Positions 18,112 through 28,173 of a DNA stretch of 64,000 nucleotides are shown here, piece after piece. The stretch's first letter is position 1; each line of letters begins with the position of its first letter. Below the pieces are notes generated by a model. The model saw only the letters and a list, made by a program, of their open reading frames with translations. It did no database searches and was not told where the DNA came from. The translations under genes and the position numbers were made by a program. The DNA lies in the NCBI GenBank assembly GCA_963719225.1, contig CAVRAY010000002.1:640001-704000 (forward strand), given 5' to 3'. This stretch comes from Thermoanaerobaculia bacterium. GTDB taxonomy: Bacteria; Acidobacteriota; Thermoanaerobaculia; UBA5066.

Positions 18112-19314
18112 TCAGCGGCGCGTCGGGTCCAGACGCCAGACCGTGCGTCCCTTCCGGACCTCCTCGACGACGCGGAGCTTCGCGTGGCGTGCCGGGTCCG
18201 CGGCGGTCGGGTCCTCCGAGAGGACGGACATGTCGGCCGGCCGGCCAGCTTCCAGCACGGCCTTCCCGGAGAGCACATCCGCGACGAGGGCCCGGAGGGC
18301 CTCGGAACCCGGCTCGCGCGGGGCGGGAGGTGGAGGAGCCGCTGCCGCGACCGCGGGAGCCGGCACGGGCGCGGGCGCGGGGGGAGGAGCGGGAGTCGGC
18401 GTCGGTGTCGCCGCGACCGCGACGGCGGCGGGGGCGGCCGCTGGTTCCTCCGGCGCGTTGAGGTGGACGCTCTCGGCGAAGAGGCGAGCGCGCTCCCTCT
18501 CGTCGAGCCGCGGGACGAGCCTCGCGAACGCGGCCGTGTGCGCCGTCCCCTCGAGGACGCCGCTCGGCTCGAAGATGCGCCCCCGGCGCCGGATGACGCC
18601 GCCCTTCGGATCCTTCGTGCGCCAGGAGATCCCGGCCTTCTGGAGGGCGATCGTGTTGTACGCGCCCGCGTCATCCGTGCTCGAGACGACGATGACGGGA
18701 ATCGTCGCGGTGATCGTGTCGAGCTCCTCGCGCGTCGGGGGCCTCTTCTCCTCGAGCTTCGTGACGTCGTAGCCGAAGCCGAGGACGACGCGGTGCCTCC
18801 TCGGGAGGCTCGAGCGGAGCATCCACGCCCGGAGCGTGTCGCGAAGCGACCGGATCGTGTATGGAAGGCCGGCCGGCGGGGGGGACAGGTCCGCCGCGAG
18901 GTCCCTCAGGGGCGGCGCGGGTGCCGAGGGGGGCGGCGGCGGCGTGCGCCTCGGAACCCGCACGGGCGCGGTGCGAGCACCCGCGGCCGCCGGCTTCTCG
19001 ATCTTCCGCTCGCTGCCACGGGGCGGGACCGCCGCGGCCCGGGCGAGCACGACGACGCCTGCGACGAGCGTCTGCCCGTGCAGGTCGATCGGCAGCGTGA
19101 GCCGGCCCTTCCACTTCCTTTCGACGTCTCCCCTCGTCCCGAGGGCGGCGATCCTGCCGTCCTTGACCGCGAGCGCTTCCGGCCGGACGCCTCCGCCCGC
19201 GAGGATCGGACCGCCGTACCAGATGAAGTCCGCGTTCTGGGCGCGCGCCGGGGCTGCGGGAGCGGCCGCGAGAAGGGCGGCGAGAGCGGCGGCGGGGGTC
19301 GAGCGGCGCGGCAC
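18112..19314 (-). CDS. Secreted YtcJ/amidohydrolase-3-like protein lacking the catalytic barrel motifs, with Pro/Ala-rich linkers
   Basis: EALAVKDGRIAALG, IDLHGQTL, GFGYD, PTREELD, NTIAL, DPKGGVI, PSGVLE and C-terminal LEAGRPADMSVLSEDP. No HxH motif. Start refined to GTG 19314. Confidence 0.65.
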   Translation of the reverse strand: MPRRSTPAAALAALLAAAPAAPARAQNADFIWYGGPILAGGGVRPEALAVKDGRIAALGTRGDVERKWKGRLTLPIDLHGQTLVAGVVVLARAAAVPPRGSERKIEKPAAAGARTAPVRVPRRTPPPPPSAPAPPLRDLAADLSPPPAGLPYTIRSLRDTLRAWMLRSSLPRRHRVVLGFGYDVTKLEEKRPPTREELDTITATIPVIVVSSTDDAGAYNTIALQKAGISWRTKDPKGGVIRRRGRIFEPSGVLEGTAHTAAFARLVPRLDERERARLFAESVHLNAPEEPAAAPAAVAVAATPTPTPAPPPAPAPVPAPAVAAAAPPPPAPREPGSEALRALVADVLSGKAVLEAGRPADMSVLSEDPTAADPARHAKLRVVEEVRKGRTVWRLDPTRR

Positions 19315-19394
19315 GGGGCGCCGATGGTAACGCCGCCCCGCCGCGCGGGCGAGTCGGCCCGGAGCGACACGGCTGGTGAGAGAATTGGGTACAG

Positions 19395-21647
19395 GTGGCG
19401 CAGTTCCGTTCGGGCGAAGAGCTGTCCCTGCCCGCGCTGGCACGGACGCAGGGATTCGCCTCCGACAGGTTCACGGTCGTCGACGTCATTCGCGGCGGGA
19501 TGGGCGTCTGCGCGAAGGTCCGTCAGGGCCAGGGCCCCTCGTTCGCCATGAAGGCCCTGCCCGCGGGCGGCAAGGAGGGCGAAGCGTTCGAGCGGTTCCT
19601 CGTCGAGCTGCAGACGTGGCTCAAGCTCTCCGCGTGCGACGGCATCGTCGAGGCGCTCTGCGTCTTCCCGTATCAGGACACGCCGGTCGTCTGCTCGCGC
19701 TGGATGTCGGGCGGGAACCTGAGGCCCCACCTCGCGGACAAGGATCCCGAGCACTTCTACCGGACGATCCTCAGGATCGCCGGGGCGCTCGAATGGGCGT
19801 ACCGCGAGCACGGGATCCTGCATCGCGACCTCAAGCCCGAGAACATCCTGATCGACGACCTCGACCGCGCGGCGGTGTCGGACTGGGGGATCGCGGGCAC
19901 CCGTGGCGACGACGTGGCCGGCGCGGCCGACGGGTCGATGGTCATCTACGGGACTGCGGCGTACGCGTCGCCCGAGCAGCTGCTCGGCGGCGTCCCGCTC
20001 GACGTCCGGTCCGACATCTACAGTCTCGCGTGCGTCATGTACGAATGGGAAAGGGGCCGTGTCCCGTTCACGGGCGACTGGCACGAGATCCGGACGGCGA
20101 AGATCAGAAACGAGCCGCCCCGCATCGCGTCCGGGATCTTCCGCCGTTCGAGCCTCGGCGCCGACGAGATCATCACGCGCGGCCTCGAGCGCGAGCGGCA
20201 CGGACGCTACCCGGACTGGAAGTCCTTCATCACGGACCTCGTGAACGCCGCCCAGAGGCGCGACCTGAAGATCGGGCGCTTCATCCCGAGGATGCGCTAC
20301 CAGGCCTCGGAGGTGCGCGGCGAGGTCCTGCGCGCGAAGGTCACGAAGGGCGCCGTCGTGACGGGTCGCGGAGGGCCGTCCGTCGACGTGCGCGGAGCCC
20401 GGAAGGAGCTCGACGAGGCGCTCCGCCTGGCCGAGAAGCAGGACTGGGCCGGCGCGGCCGAAATCCTCTCCCGAGTCGTCCTCCCGTCGGTCGTGCGCGA
20501 GATGCCGGACGACCCGCTTCAGCAGACGGCCGCGATCACGCTTGCGCGGGCCCTCCTGAAGCTCGACCATCCGGCGGAAGCGGTCGCGGCGCTCGACCCG
20601 CTGTCCGCGGCGGCCGAGAAGCCCTCGGACCTGTTCGCCCTTCTCGCCGAGGCGCACCTCAGGCTCGGGAACGCGGGCCTCTCGGAGCGCGCCGCGCGCA
20701 CGGGGCTCCTTCTCCACAAGACGGAGCCCGCGCTCCTCGACGTCCTTCTCGCGGCGCAGACCGCCCAGGGGCTCGTGGCGGACGCGGTCGCGACGGCCCG
20801 CCAGCGGCTCGCGGGCCGCCGGGAGGCCGCGACTCTGCTCGACGCGGCCGAGCAGCTGCTGAGCCACGCGGCCGCCGTGCCCGAGACGCGCCTGCCCGAC
20901 TCGCTCGCGAACGTCCACGAGGCTCTCGCTCTCGCGACGGAGGCGCGCGGCCTCGCGCCGCGGGACGCGCGCGCGCGGGTGCTGCGGGCCAAGGCGCTTC
21001 ACGCTCTCGACCGCTTCTCCGACGCGAAGGCGGACCTCGCGCTCGGCCCCGTGAGGATCGACGCGGCCCTGCGCCGCGACGCGGCCGAGGTCGAGGCGCG
21101 CGGCCTCCTGCGCCTGAGGGAGTACGCGGGGTGTCTCGCGCAGTGCAACAAGGCGCTCGCGGCGTTTCCGTCGAGCACGGGCCTCGCGCGGACGCGCGCG
21201 CTCGCGTTCGCCGAGGGATTCGTCCTCGGGGTCGAGACAGGCGGCCGCCGCGCGGTGGATGACGCCGCGATGAGCTTCTTCGAAAGGGCGGTCGCCGATC
21301 CCGATGTCCGCGAGCCCGGGGATTTCGTGACGCTCGCGCGCTACCGCGAGTGGACCGGGCGCGCCGAGGACGGCGTCACGGTCCTGCGCGACGGGAGGGC
21401 GGCGTTCCCGAAATCGTGGGAGATCGCCGTCGCTCTCTCGCGGCTCCTCGAGCGCCGCGGCGAGTTCGAGGAGTCGCTCGAGATCGCGCAGGACGCGGTG
21501 AAATCCGCGCCGTTCCGGCCCGAGGCCTGGCGCGCCCTCGCGGCGGTCAAGAGCGTGCTCGGCCCGAAGGCGGACGCGGACGAGGCGCGGCAGAGGGCGG
21601 TGCAGGTCGAGAAGCGCCTGAAGGCGCTACGCGCGGCGCCCGGCTGA
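19395..21647 (+). CDS. Hanks-type Ser/Thr protein kinase with C-terminal TPR-like repeats (cytoplasmic)
   Basis: GGMG, AMK, HRDLKPEN, DWG, GTAAYASPEQ, SDIYSL. No clear TM segment. Confidence 0.9.
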   Translation: MAQFRSGEELSLPALARTQGFASDRFTVVDVIRGGMGVCAKVRQGQGPSFAMKALPAGGKEGEAFERFLVELQTWLKLSACDGIVEALCVFPYQDTPVVCSRWMSGGNLRPHLADKDPEHFYRTILRIAGALEWAYREHGILHRDLKPENILIDDLDRAAVSDWGIAGTRGDDVAGAADGSMVIYGTAAYASPEQLLGGVPLDVRSDIYSLACVMYEWERGRVPFTGDWHEIRTAKIRNEPPRIASGIFRRSSLGADEIITRGLERERHGRYPDWKSFITDLVNAAQRRDLKIGRFIPRMRYQASEVRGEVLRAKVTKGAVVTGRGGPSVDVRGARKELDEALRLAEKQDWAGAAEILSRVVLPSVVREMPDDPLQQTAAITLARALLKLDHPAEAVAALDPLSAAAEKPSDLFALLAEAHLRLGNAGLSERAARTGLLLHKTEPALLDVLLAAQTAQGLVADAVATARQRLAGRREAATLLDAAEQLLSHAAAVPETRLPDSLANVHEALALATEARGLAPRDARARVLRAKALHALDRFSDAKADLALGPVRIDAALRRDAAEVEARGLLRLREYAGCLAQCNKALAAFPSSTGLARTRALAFAEGFVLGVETGGRRAVDDAAMSFFERAVADPDVREPGDFVTLARYREWTGRAEDGVTVLRDGRAAFPKSWEIAVALSRLLERRGEFEESLEIAQDAVKSAPFRPEAWRALAAVKSVLGPKADADEARQRAVQVEKRLKALRAAPG

Positions 21648-21653
21648 GCGCGC

Positions 21654-22358
21654 TTAGAGGAAGCGGCGGACGGCGTCCTTCCAGAAGGGCCAGTCGTGGC
21701 CGAAGACGCCGGGCCAGAACTCGGCGTGGACCCGCTGGCCCTGCCGCGCGAGGAGATCCGCGAAGTCGCGGTTCTCGCGCACGAGGGAGTCCTGCTCGCC
21801 GGTCGCGACGACCCACTCGACCTGGCGGAGCTTCTCCTTCCACCCGTCGTCCATGTTCGCGATGTACGCGGAGGGCGTGTGGTAATAGCAAAGGTCGTCC
21901 CAGTACCCGTCGAGGTAGCGCGACACGTCGTAAAGCCCCGAGAAGCAGATCGCCTTCGTGACGCGCCCGGGATAGCGGCCCGCGAGGTTCGCGGCGTGGT
22001 ACGCGCCGAAGCTCGCCCCGAGCGTGACGACGTTCCCGCCGGCGCGCCCTTCGATGAGGGGGAGCATCTCGTCGCGGAGATAGCGGTCGTAGTCGTCGTG
22101 CCGGCGCGCGCGGTCGCGCGGGGAGATCCTCTTGTCGTACCAGCCCTCGTTGTCGACGGAGTCGACGCAGACGAGCTGGAGCCACCCGGAGTCGACCTTT
22201 TCCGCGAGGGCGCCGACGAGGCCGAAGTCCTCGTTCTGGTAGAAGCGGCCCGCGGACGTCGGGAAGATGAGGACCGGCCGGCCGCGGTCTCCGAACCAGA
22301 GGTATTCCATCGGCCGGCCGAGGGAGGCGCTCCGCCATGAGCCGTATTCGCGCTTCAT
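21654..22358 (-). CDS. Putative esterase, alpha/beta hydrolase of the type found with ATP-grasp/YbdK clusters
   Basis: FPTSAGRFY, CVDSVD, GASFGAYHA nucleophile, FSGLYD, GHDWPFW. True start ATG 22358. Confidence 0.85.
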   Translation of the reverse strand: MKREYGSWRSASLGRPMEYLWFGDRGRPVLIFPTSAGRFYQNEDFGLVGALAEKVDSGWLQLVCVDSVDNEGWYDKRISPRDRARRHDDYDRYLRDEMLPLIEGRAGGNVVTLGASFGAYHAANLAGRYPGRVTKAICFSGLYDVSRYLDGYWDDLCYYHTPSAYIANMDDGWKEKLRQVEWVVATGEQDSLVRENRDFADLLARQGQRVHAEFWPGVFGHDWPFWKDAVRRFL

Positions 22359-22384
22359 GGGCGCGGAGTCTAAAGGAGCGCGCC

Positions 22385-22407
22385 ATGTGGGAATTGGGAT
22401 TCCACAT
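22385..22407. promoter_or_regulatory. Inverted repeat ATGTGG-N11-CCACAT in the AT-rich divergent intergenic region
   Basis: ATGTGGGAATTGGGATTCCACAT lies between the esterase and histidine kinase starts. A TAAGAT -10 candidate is at 22433-22438. Confidence 0.35.
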
Positions 22408-22457
22408 TTGCGAATGAGACTCGCCAAAAGCGTAAGATTCCGCTCGAGGGCGGGAGC

Positions 22458-23603
22458 ATGCCGGGAACGGGCGGTGAAACGTCCACGGGCCCCTTCGGAG
22501 AGCGCTTCGGCGCGCTTCTCGAAGCCGCTCCCGACGCGATGGTCATCGTGGACCACGAGGGCCGGATCGTGCTCGTGAACCGGCAGACGGAGCGCCTGTT
22601 CCAGTGGGGACGCGCCGAGGTGATCGGGCAATCCGTCGAGATGCTCGTGCCCGACCGGTTTGGCGGCACGCACGCGCTCCACCGCGCCGGCTACTTCGCG
22701 TCGCCGCGCACCCGGTCCATGGGATCGGGGCTCGATCTCTTCGGCCGCCGCAAGGACGGAACGGAATTCCCGGTCGAGATCAGTTTGAGCCCGCTCGAGA
22801 CCGAGGAAGGCGTCCTCGTGACCGCCGCGATCCGGGACAGCTCCGAACGGATCGGACAGATGCGGAAGATCCAGGAGGCAAACCGGCTCAAGAGCGAGTT
22901 CCTCGCGAACATGTCGCACGAGCTCAGGACTCCGCTCAACGCGATCATCGGCTTCTCGGAGCTCCTCTACGACGGCAAGGCCGGCCCGACGACCGCCGAA
23001 CAAAGAGAGTATCTCGGCGACGTCCTCTCGAGCGCGCAGCATCTCCTCCAGCTCATCAACGACATCCTCGACCTCTCGAAGGTCGAGGCGGGGAAGATGA
23101 CGCTCCGCTTCGAGCCGGTCGACGTCGCCCGTCTCGCCGCCGACGTGAGGGACACGCTCGGGGCGTTCTCCTCGGCGAAGAAAGCGGCGATCACGATCGA
23201 CGTCCCGCCGGAACTCGGCGTCGTCGAGGCGGACGCCTCGAAGCTCAAGCAGGTCCTCTACAACTACGTCTCGAACGCGCTGAAATTCGGCCCCGACGGG
23301 GTTCGCGTGACGGTGCGCGCGCGGCGCGACGGCCCGGACTCGTTCCGCGTCGAGGTCGCCGACGAGGGGATCGGCATCCGCCCCGAGGACGTGCCGCGCC
23401 TCTTCACCGAGTTCCTGCAGCTCGACGCCGGGGCGGCCAAGAAGTATCCCGGGACGGGGCTCGGGCTCGCGCTCACGAAACGCATCGTGGAAGCGCAGGG
23501 CGGGCGCGTCGGAGTCGAGTCGCGCTTCGGCGAGGGCTCGACGTTCTTCGCCGTCCTGCCCGTGCGCGCGCCGCCCGGCGGGGAGATGGGCCGTGTCCGC
23601 TGA
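22458..23603 (+). CDS. PAS-domain sensor histidine kinase
   Basis: PAS (EAAPDAMVIVD...RRKDGTEFPVEISL), H-box SHELRTPLN, N-box NALKF, G-boxes DEGIGI and GTGLGL. Confidence 0.93.
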   Translation: MPGTGGETSTGPFGERFGALLEAAPDAMVIVDHEGRIVLVNRQTERLFQWGRAEVIGQSVEMLVPDRFGGTHALHRAGYFASPRTRSMGSGLDLFGRRKDGTEFPVEISLSPLETEEGVLVTAAIRDSSERIGQMRKIQEANRLKSEFLANMSHELRTPLNAIIGFSELLYDGKAGPTTAEQREYLGDVLSSAQHLLQLINDILDLSKVEAGKMTLRFEPVDVARLAADVRDTLGAFSSAKKAAITIDVPPELGVVEADASKLKQVLYNYVSNALKFGPDGVRVTVRARRDGPDSFRVEVADEGIGIRPEDVPRLFTEFLQLDAGAAKKYPGTGLGLALTKRIVEAQGGRVGVESRFGEGSTFFAVLPVRAPPGGEMGRVR

Positions 23604-23976
23604 CAGCGTCCTCATCGTCGACGACAACCGCGCGAACCTGAAGCTCGCACGCGTCGTGCTCTCGGGCGCCGGCTTCGACGTCCACACGGCGTCGGACGCG
23701 GAGGAGGCGCTCGCGGCGCTGCGGACGCTGCGTCCGCGCGTGATTCTCATGGACCTTCAGCTGCCCGGCATGAGCGGGCTCGAGCTCACGCGGCGGCTGA
23801 AGTCGGCTCCCGAGACACGCGCGGTCGTGATCCTCGCGATGACGGCGTACGCGATGAAGGGTGACGAGGCGAAGGCGCGGGAGGCGGGCTGTGACGGCTA
23901 CGTCACGAAGCCGATCGACACGCGGGCGCTCGCGGCGCTCGTCGGGCGCGCGGCGGCAGGCGACGGCTCAACGTGA
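23593..23976 (+). CDS. Single-domain response regulator (DivK-like)
   Basis: IVDDN, LMDLQLPGMSG, TAYAMKGD, YVTKP. Overlaps both neighbours. Confidence 0.92.
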   Translation: MSADSVLIVDDNRANLKLARVVLSGAGFDVHTASDAEEALAALRTLRPRVILMDLQLPGMSGLELTRRLKSAPETRAVVILAMTAYAMKGDEAKAREAGCDGYVTKPIDTRALAALVGRAAAGDGST

Positions 23977-26009
23977 GAGTCCTCGTCGTGGACGACCTGG
24001 AGATCAACCGCAGGGTCGTGCGCGCGATGCTCCAGGCCGAAGGCTACGACGTCATCGAGGCGGCCGACGGGAGTGAGGCGCTCGAGCGGCTGCGGGCCGA
24101 GAGCGCCGACGCCGTCGTCTGCGACATCCTGATGCCGCGGATGGACGGGTATCGCTTCTGCTACGAGGTCCGCGCGTCTCCCGATCTCCAGAAGCTGCCC
24201 ATCGTCATCTACACGGCGACGTACACGTCCGACTCGGACGAGCGGCTCGCGCTGTCGGTCGGCGCGGACGCCTTCGTTCGGAAGCCCGCGCCGGCTGCGA
24301 AGCTCGCCGAGGCGATCGAGCAGGCGTGCTCCGGCCGCACGGTCCGGCGAGAGCCCGTCCCGCCGGTGAGCGGACTCTCGATCTTGAAGGAGTACAGCGA
24401 GGCGCTCGTGCGCAAGCTCGAGGAGAGAAACCGCGAGCTCGAAGAGACGCGCGACCGGCTCCTGAACGACATCCGGCGGCGCACGGCGGCCGAGGCGGCG
24501 CACCGGCGGGCGGAGGAGCGGTTCCGGCGCCTGTTCGAGTCGAACACGATCGGGATCGCGGTCGCGGACGCGGACGGAAAGGTCACGGAAGCGAACGACG
24601 CCTATCTCGCGATCGTCGGCTTCGCCCGTCAGGAGCTCGAGCGCGGCGAGATCAACCACGCGACCCTCACGCCTCCGGAATATCGCGAGCAGGACGGGCA
24701 GGCCTTCGCGGACCTGCGTCGCACGGGTGTCGCGCCTCTCCGCGAGAAGGAGATCGTCCGCCGCGACGGCACGCGCGTCCCGATCCTCGTCGGCGTCTCG
24801 GCCCTCGGCGAGTCGGAGGGGGCGGTCCTCGGCTACCTCATCGACCTGACGCAGCGCAAGAAGCTCGAGGAGCAGTTCCGCCAGTCCCAGAAGATGGAAG
24901 CCGTCGGGATGCTCGCCGGAGGCGTCGCGCACGACTTCAACAACATCCTGACGGTGATCCTCGGCTTCGGCGACCTTCTCGCAGGGCGCTTCGGCCCGGA
25001 TGATCCCGGCCGCGAGGAGGTTCAGGAGATCCTCCTCGCGGCGAGCCGCGCCACGAGCCTCACGAAGCAGCTCCTCGCCTTCAGCCGGCGCCAGGTCCTC
25101 GAGCCGGCCGTGCTCGACGCCGGCGCGCTCGTGAAAGACGTTCAGCGGATGCTCGGACGGCTCATCGGAGAGGACGTCGCCCTCGAGACGCGCGTCGCCG
25201 CCGAGCCGGGCTGGGTCCTCGCGGACCGCGGCCAGCTCGAGCAGGTGCTCCTGAACCTCGCCGTGAACGCGCGCGACGCGATGCCGAAGGGCGGCCGGCT
25301 CACGATCGAGACGGCGAACGTCGACCTGGACGAAGGCTTCGCGGCCCACAGCGAGGGTGCCGGCGTCGGCCCCCACGTTCTCGTGGCCGTCTCGGACACG
25401 GGCGTCGGCATGGACGCCGCCACGCGCGAGCGCGTGTTCGAGCCGTTCTTCACGACGAAGGAGACGGGGCGGGGCACCGGGCTCGGCCTTTCCACCGTGT
25501 ACGGCATCGTGCGGCAGTCGGGCGGATGGATATGGCTCTACAGCGAGCCGGGGATGGGGACGACGTTCAAGATCTACCTCCCGCGCGTCGCCCCGCCGGA
25601 GACCGACGCGAGGCCGTCCGGGGAACGCGTGCTCTCGAGCGGAGAGGGCGAGACGGTGCTCGTCGTCGAGGACGAGCCCGCGATCCGCGCCCTCGCCTGC
25701 CGTGTGCTCCGGTCGAACGGCTACCGGGTGCTGGATGCGGCGAGCGGGCGGGAGGCCGAGGACACGGCGGCGCGGCACGCCGGCCGTCTCGACGCGCTCG
25801 TGACCGACCTCGTGATGCCGGACACCTCGGGGACGGAGCTCGCCGGGCACCTCGCGGCATCCCGGCCCGGGCTGAAGGTCCTCTTCATGTCGGGTTACAC
25901 GGACGACACCGTCGTCCGGAGCGGCCTCCTGGCCGAGGGTCGCGCCTTCCTGCAGAAGCCGTTCTCCCCGAGGATGCTGCTCGACAAGGTTCGCGAGATC
26001 CTCTCCTGA
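23973..26009 (+). CDS. Hybrid sensor kinase REC-PAS-HisKA-HATPase-REC
   Basis: N-terminal receiver, PAS, AHDFNN H-box, [20 protein letters not shown] and a C-terminal receiver. Confidence 0.93.
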   Translation: MRVLVVDDLEINRRVVRAMLQAEGYDVIEAADGSEALERLRAESADAVVCDILMPRMDGYRFCYEVRASPDLQKLPIVIYTATYTSDSDERLALSVGADAFVRKPAPAAKLAEAIEQACSGRTVRREPVPPVSGLSILKEYSEALVRKLEERNRELEETRDRLLNDIRRRTAAEAAHRRAEERFRRLFESNTIGIAVADADGKVTEANDAYLAIVGFARQELERGEINHATLTPPEYREQDGQAFADLRRTGVAPLREKEIVRRDGTRVPILVGVSALGESEGAVLGYLIDLTQRKKLEEQFRQSQKMEAVGMLAGGVAHDFNNILTVILGFGDLLAGRFGPDDPGREEVQEILLAASRATSLTKQLLAFSRRQVLEPAVLDAGALVKDVQRMLGRLIGEDVALETRVAAEPGWVLADRGQLEQVLLNLAVNARDAMPKGGRLTIETANVDLDEGFAAHSEGAGVGPHVLVAVSDTGVGMDAATRERVFEPFFTTKETGRGTGLGLSTVYGIVRQSGGWIWLYSEPGMGTTFKIYLPRVAPPETDARPSGERVLSSGEGETVLVVEDEPAIRALACRVLRSNGYRVLDAASGREAEDTAARHAGRLDALVTDLVMPDTSGTELAGHLAASRPGLKVLFMSGYTDDTVVRSGLLAEGRAFLQKPFSPRMLLDKVREILS

Positions 26010-26086
26010 GTCCCGCGCTCCGCGGCTCGATTGCGGCCCGTCGCGGGCGTCCGCTAGGATGCCGCGCGACAGAGAGGGTCCACGAC

Positions 26087-27040
26087 ATGGCCAAGAAGCG
26101 GATCGGCGTCCTCTTCGGGATGGAAGACACGTTCCCGTGGGCGCTCATGAACGAGATCAACGAGACGGCGAAGCGGAACGGCGACGACGTCGAAGCCGGT
26201 CCCGTGAAGATCTCGTTCCTGACCCAGGAGCAGTCGTTCGAGGACGCCGTGATCCTCGACCGGATCAGCCAGGACGTCCCGTTCTACCGGACGTACCTCA
26301 AGTGCGCGGTCCTTCGCGGCGCGCAGGTCGTGAACAACCCGATCTGGTGGTCCGCGGACGACAAGTACCTCGACAACGTCGTCGCGCTCGCGGCCGGCGT
26401 CGCGGTCCCGAAGACGGTCCTCCTCCCGCACAAGGACCGCCCGCCGGGAACGACCGCGACATCCTTCCGCAATCTCGACTTCCTGGACTGGGACCGCTTG
26501 TTCGGTTATCTCGGCTTCCCGATCTTCCTGAAGCCCGCGAACGGAGGCGGATGGAAGGACGTCTACAAGTGCGACACGGCCGAGGAGTTCTTCGCGGCGT
26601 ACGACAAGACCCGGGACCTCGAGATGATGGCGCAGGAGGCGATCGCGTTCACGGAGTACTACCGGTGCTACGTCGTCGGGCGCTCGCGCGTGAGGATCAT
26701 GCAATACGACCCGCGCGAGCCGCACCACCTGCGCTATTCGGCCGTGCTCGGGAAGCCCGTGCCCGCCGCGATGGCCGAGCGCGTGACGCGCGACGCCCTC
26801 GCCCTCTGCCGCGCGCTCGGGTACGACCTGAACACGGTCGAGTTCGCGGTGCGGGACGGGATTCCCTACGCGATCGACTTCATGAACTGCGCCCCGGACG
26901 CCGAGCGCGCGTCGGTCGGCGAGGAGAGCTTCCAGTGGATCGTGAAGGAGATGGCGGAGTTCCTCATGGACCTCGCGAAGAATCCGCGTCCGTTCGAGGC
27001 GACCGGCACGTGGCCCGCCCTCCTCGGCCTGAAGAAATGA
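26087..27040 (+). CDS. RimK-like ATP-grasp protein
   Basis: ILDRIS, VVNNP, SADDK, VPKTVLLP, FLKPANGGGWK, QEAI, NTVEFA, IDFMN. Start ATG 26087. Confidence 0.85.
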   Translation: MAKKRIGVLFGMEDTFPWALMNEINETAKRNGDDVEAGPVKISFLTQEQSFEDAVILDRISQDVPFYRTYLKCAVLRGAQVVNNPIWWSADDKYLDNVVALAAGVAVPKTVLLPHKDRPPGTTATSFRNLDFLDWDRLFGYLGFPIFLKPANGGGWKDVYKCDTAEEFFAAYDKTRDLEMMAQEAIAFTEYYRCYVVGRSRVRIMQYDPREPHHLRYSAVLGKPVPAAMAERVTRDALALCRALGYDLNTVEFAVRDGIPYAIDFMNCAPDAERASVGEESFQWIVKEMAEFLMDLAKNPRPFEATGTWPALLGLKK

Positions 27041-27056
27041 GCCGGGCGGGCTGACC

Positions 27057-28169
27057 GTGGGGGCGCCCCGCCCGTCCTTCACCCTCGGAATCGAGGAAGA
27101 GTTCCAGATCGTCGACCCGGAGACGCGGGCGCTGAAGGCACACATCCAGGAGCTCTTCGCCGCCGGCGAGCTGCGCCTCAAGGACAAGATCAAGCGCGAG
27201 TTTCACCAGTCCGTCATCGAGGTCGGAACCGGGATCTGCCGGAACATCGCGGAGGCACGCGCGGACGTCACGAACCTCAGGCGCGAGATCGTCCGGCTCA
27301 CGGCCGAAAACGGGCTCGCGATCGGAGCGGCCGGCACGCACCCGATCACGCACTGGTCGCAGATTCCCGTGACGCCGAACCCGCGCTACGAGCAGATCCT
27401 GTACGACCTCGGGGCCGTCGCCCGGGGGAACCTCATCTTCGGCCTCCACGTCCACGTCGCCGTCGAGCACGACGAGACGCGCATCGCGCTCCAGAACGCG
27501 GCGCGCTATTTTCTCCCGCACGTCTTCGCGCTCTCGACGAACTCCCCGTTCTGGTCCGGCCACGAGACGGGCTGGAAGAGCTACCGCGCGAAGGTGTTCG
27601 ACCGGTTCCCGCGGACCGGCATCCCGGACCAGTTCTTCTCGTGGGCGGACTACATGAGCTACGTCGAGACGCTCGTGAAGACGAACTGCATCGACAACCC
27701 GAAGAAGATCTGGTGGGACGTCCGCCCGCATCCGTTCTTCCCGACGCTCGAATACCGGATCTGCGACATCCCGATGCGCGTCGACGAGACGATCTGCCTC
27801 GCGGCGCTGTTCCAGGCGATCACGGTCAAGCTCTGGAAGCTCCACGACCGGAACCTCTCGTACCGCCTCTACTCGCGCGCGCTCATCAGCGAGAACAAGT
27901 ACCGGGCCGCGCGCTTCGGGATCGACGGCAAGCTCATCGACTTCGGCAAGAAGGAGGAGGTGCCGTTCACCGAGCTCCTCGGCGAGCTCCTCGCGTTCGT
28001 CGACGACGTCCTCGACGAGCTCGGCTCGCGCGGCGAGGTCGAGTACGTCCACACGATCGTGAAGCGCAAGACGGGGGCGGACCGGCAGCTCGAGGTCTTC
28101 GAGAGGACGAAGAGTCTTCCGGCGGTCGTGGATTACATCCTCGCGGAGACGCGCCACGGCATCGACTGA
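27057..28169 (+). CDS. ybdK: Carboxylate-amine ligase, YbdK/GCS2 (glutamate-cysteine ligase 2) family
   Basis: TLGIEEEFQIVD, AAGTHP, FGLHVHV, NSPFW, WWDVRP, TLEYRICD, ENKYRAARFG. Confidence 0.9.
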   Translation: MGAPRPSFTLGIEEEFQIVDPETRALKAHIQELFAAGELRLKDKIKREFHQSVIEVGTGICRNIAEARADVTNLRREIVRLTAENGLAIGAAGTHPITHWSQIPVTPNPRYEQILYDLGAVARGNLIFGLHVHVAVEHDETRIALQNAARYFLPHVFALSTNSPFWSGHETGWKSYRAKVFDRFPRTGIPDQFFSWADYMSYVETLVKTNCIDNPKKIWWDVRPHPFFPTLEYRICDIPMRVDETICLAALFQAITVKLWKLHDRNLSYRLYSRALISENKYRAARFGIDGKLIDFGKKEEVPFTELLGELLAFVDDVLDELGSRGEVEYVHTIVKRKTGADRQLEVFERTKSLPAVVDYILAETRHGID

Positions 28170-28173
28170 GGCT

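Noticed and set aside
18300-18450. Pro/Ala-rich quasi-repeats as a tandem repeat or mobile element
   Set aside because: Low-complexity linker coding with no fixed repeat unit or terminal repeats.
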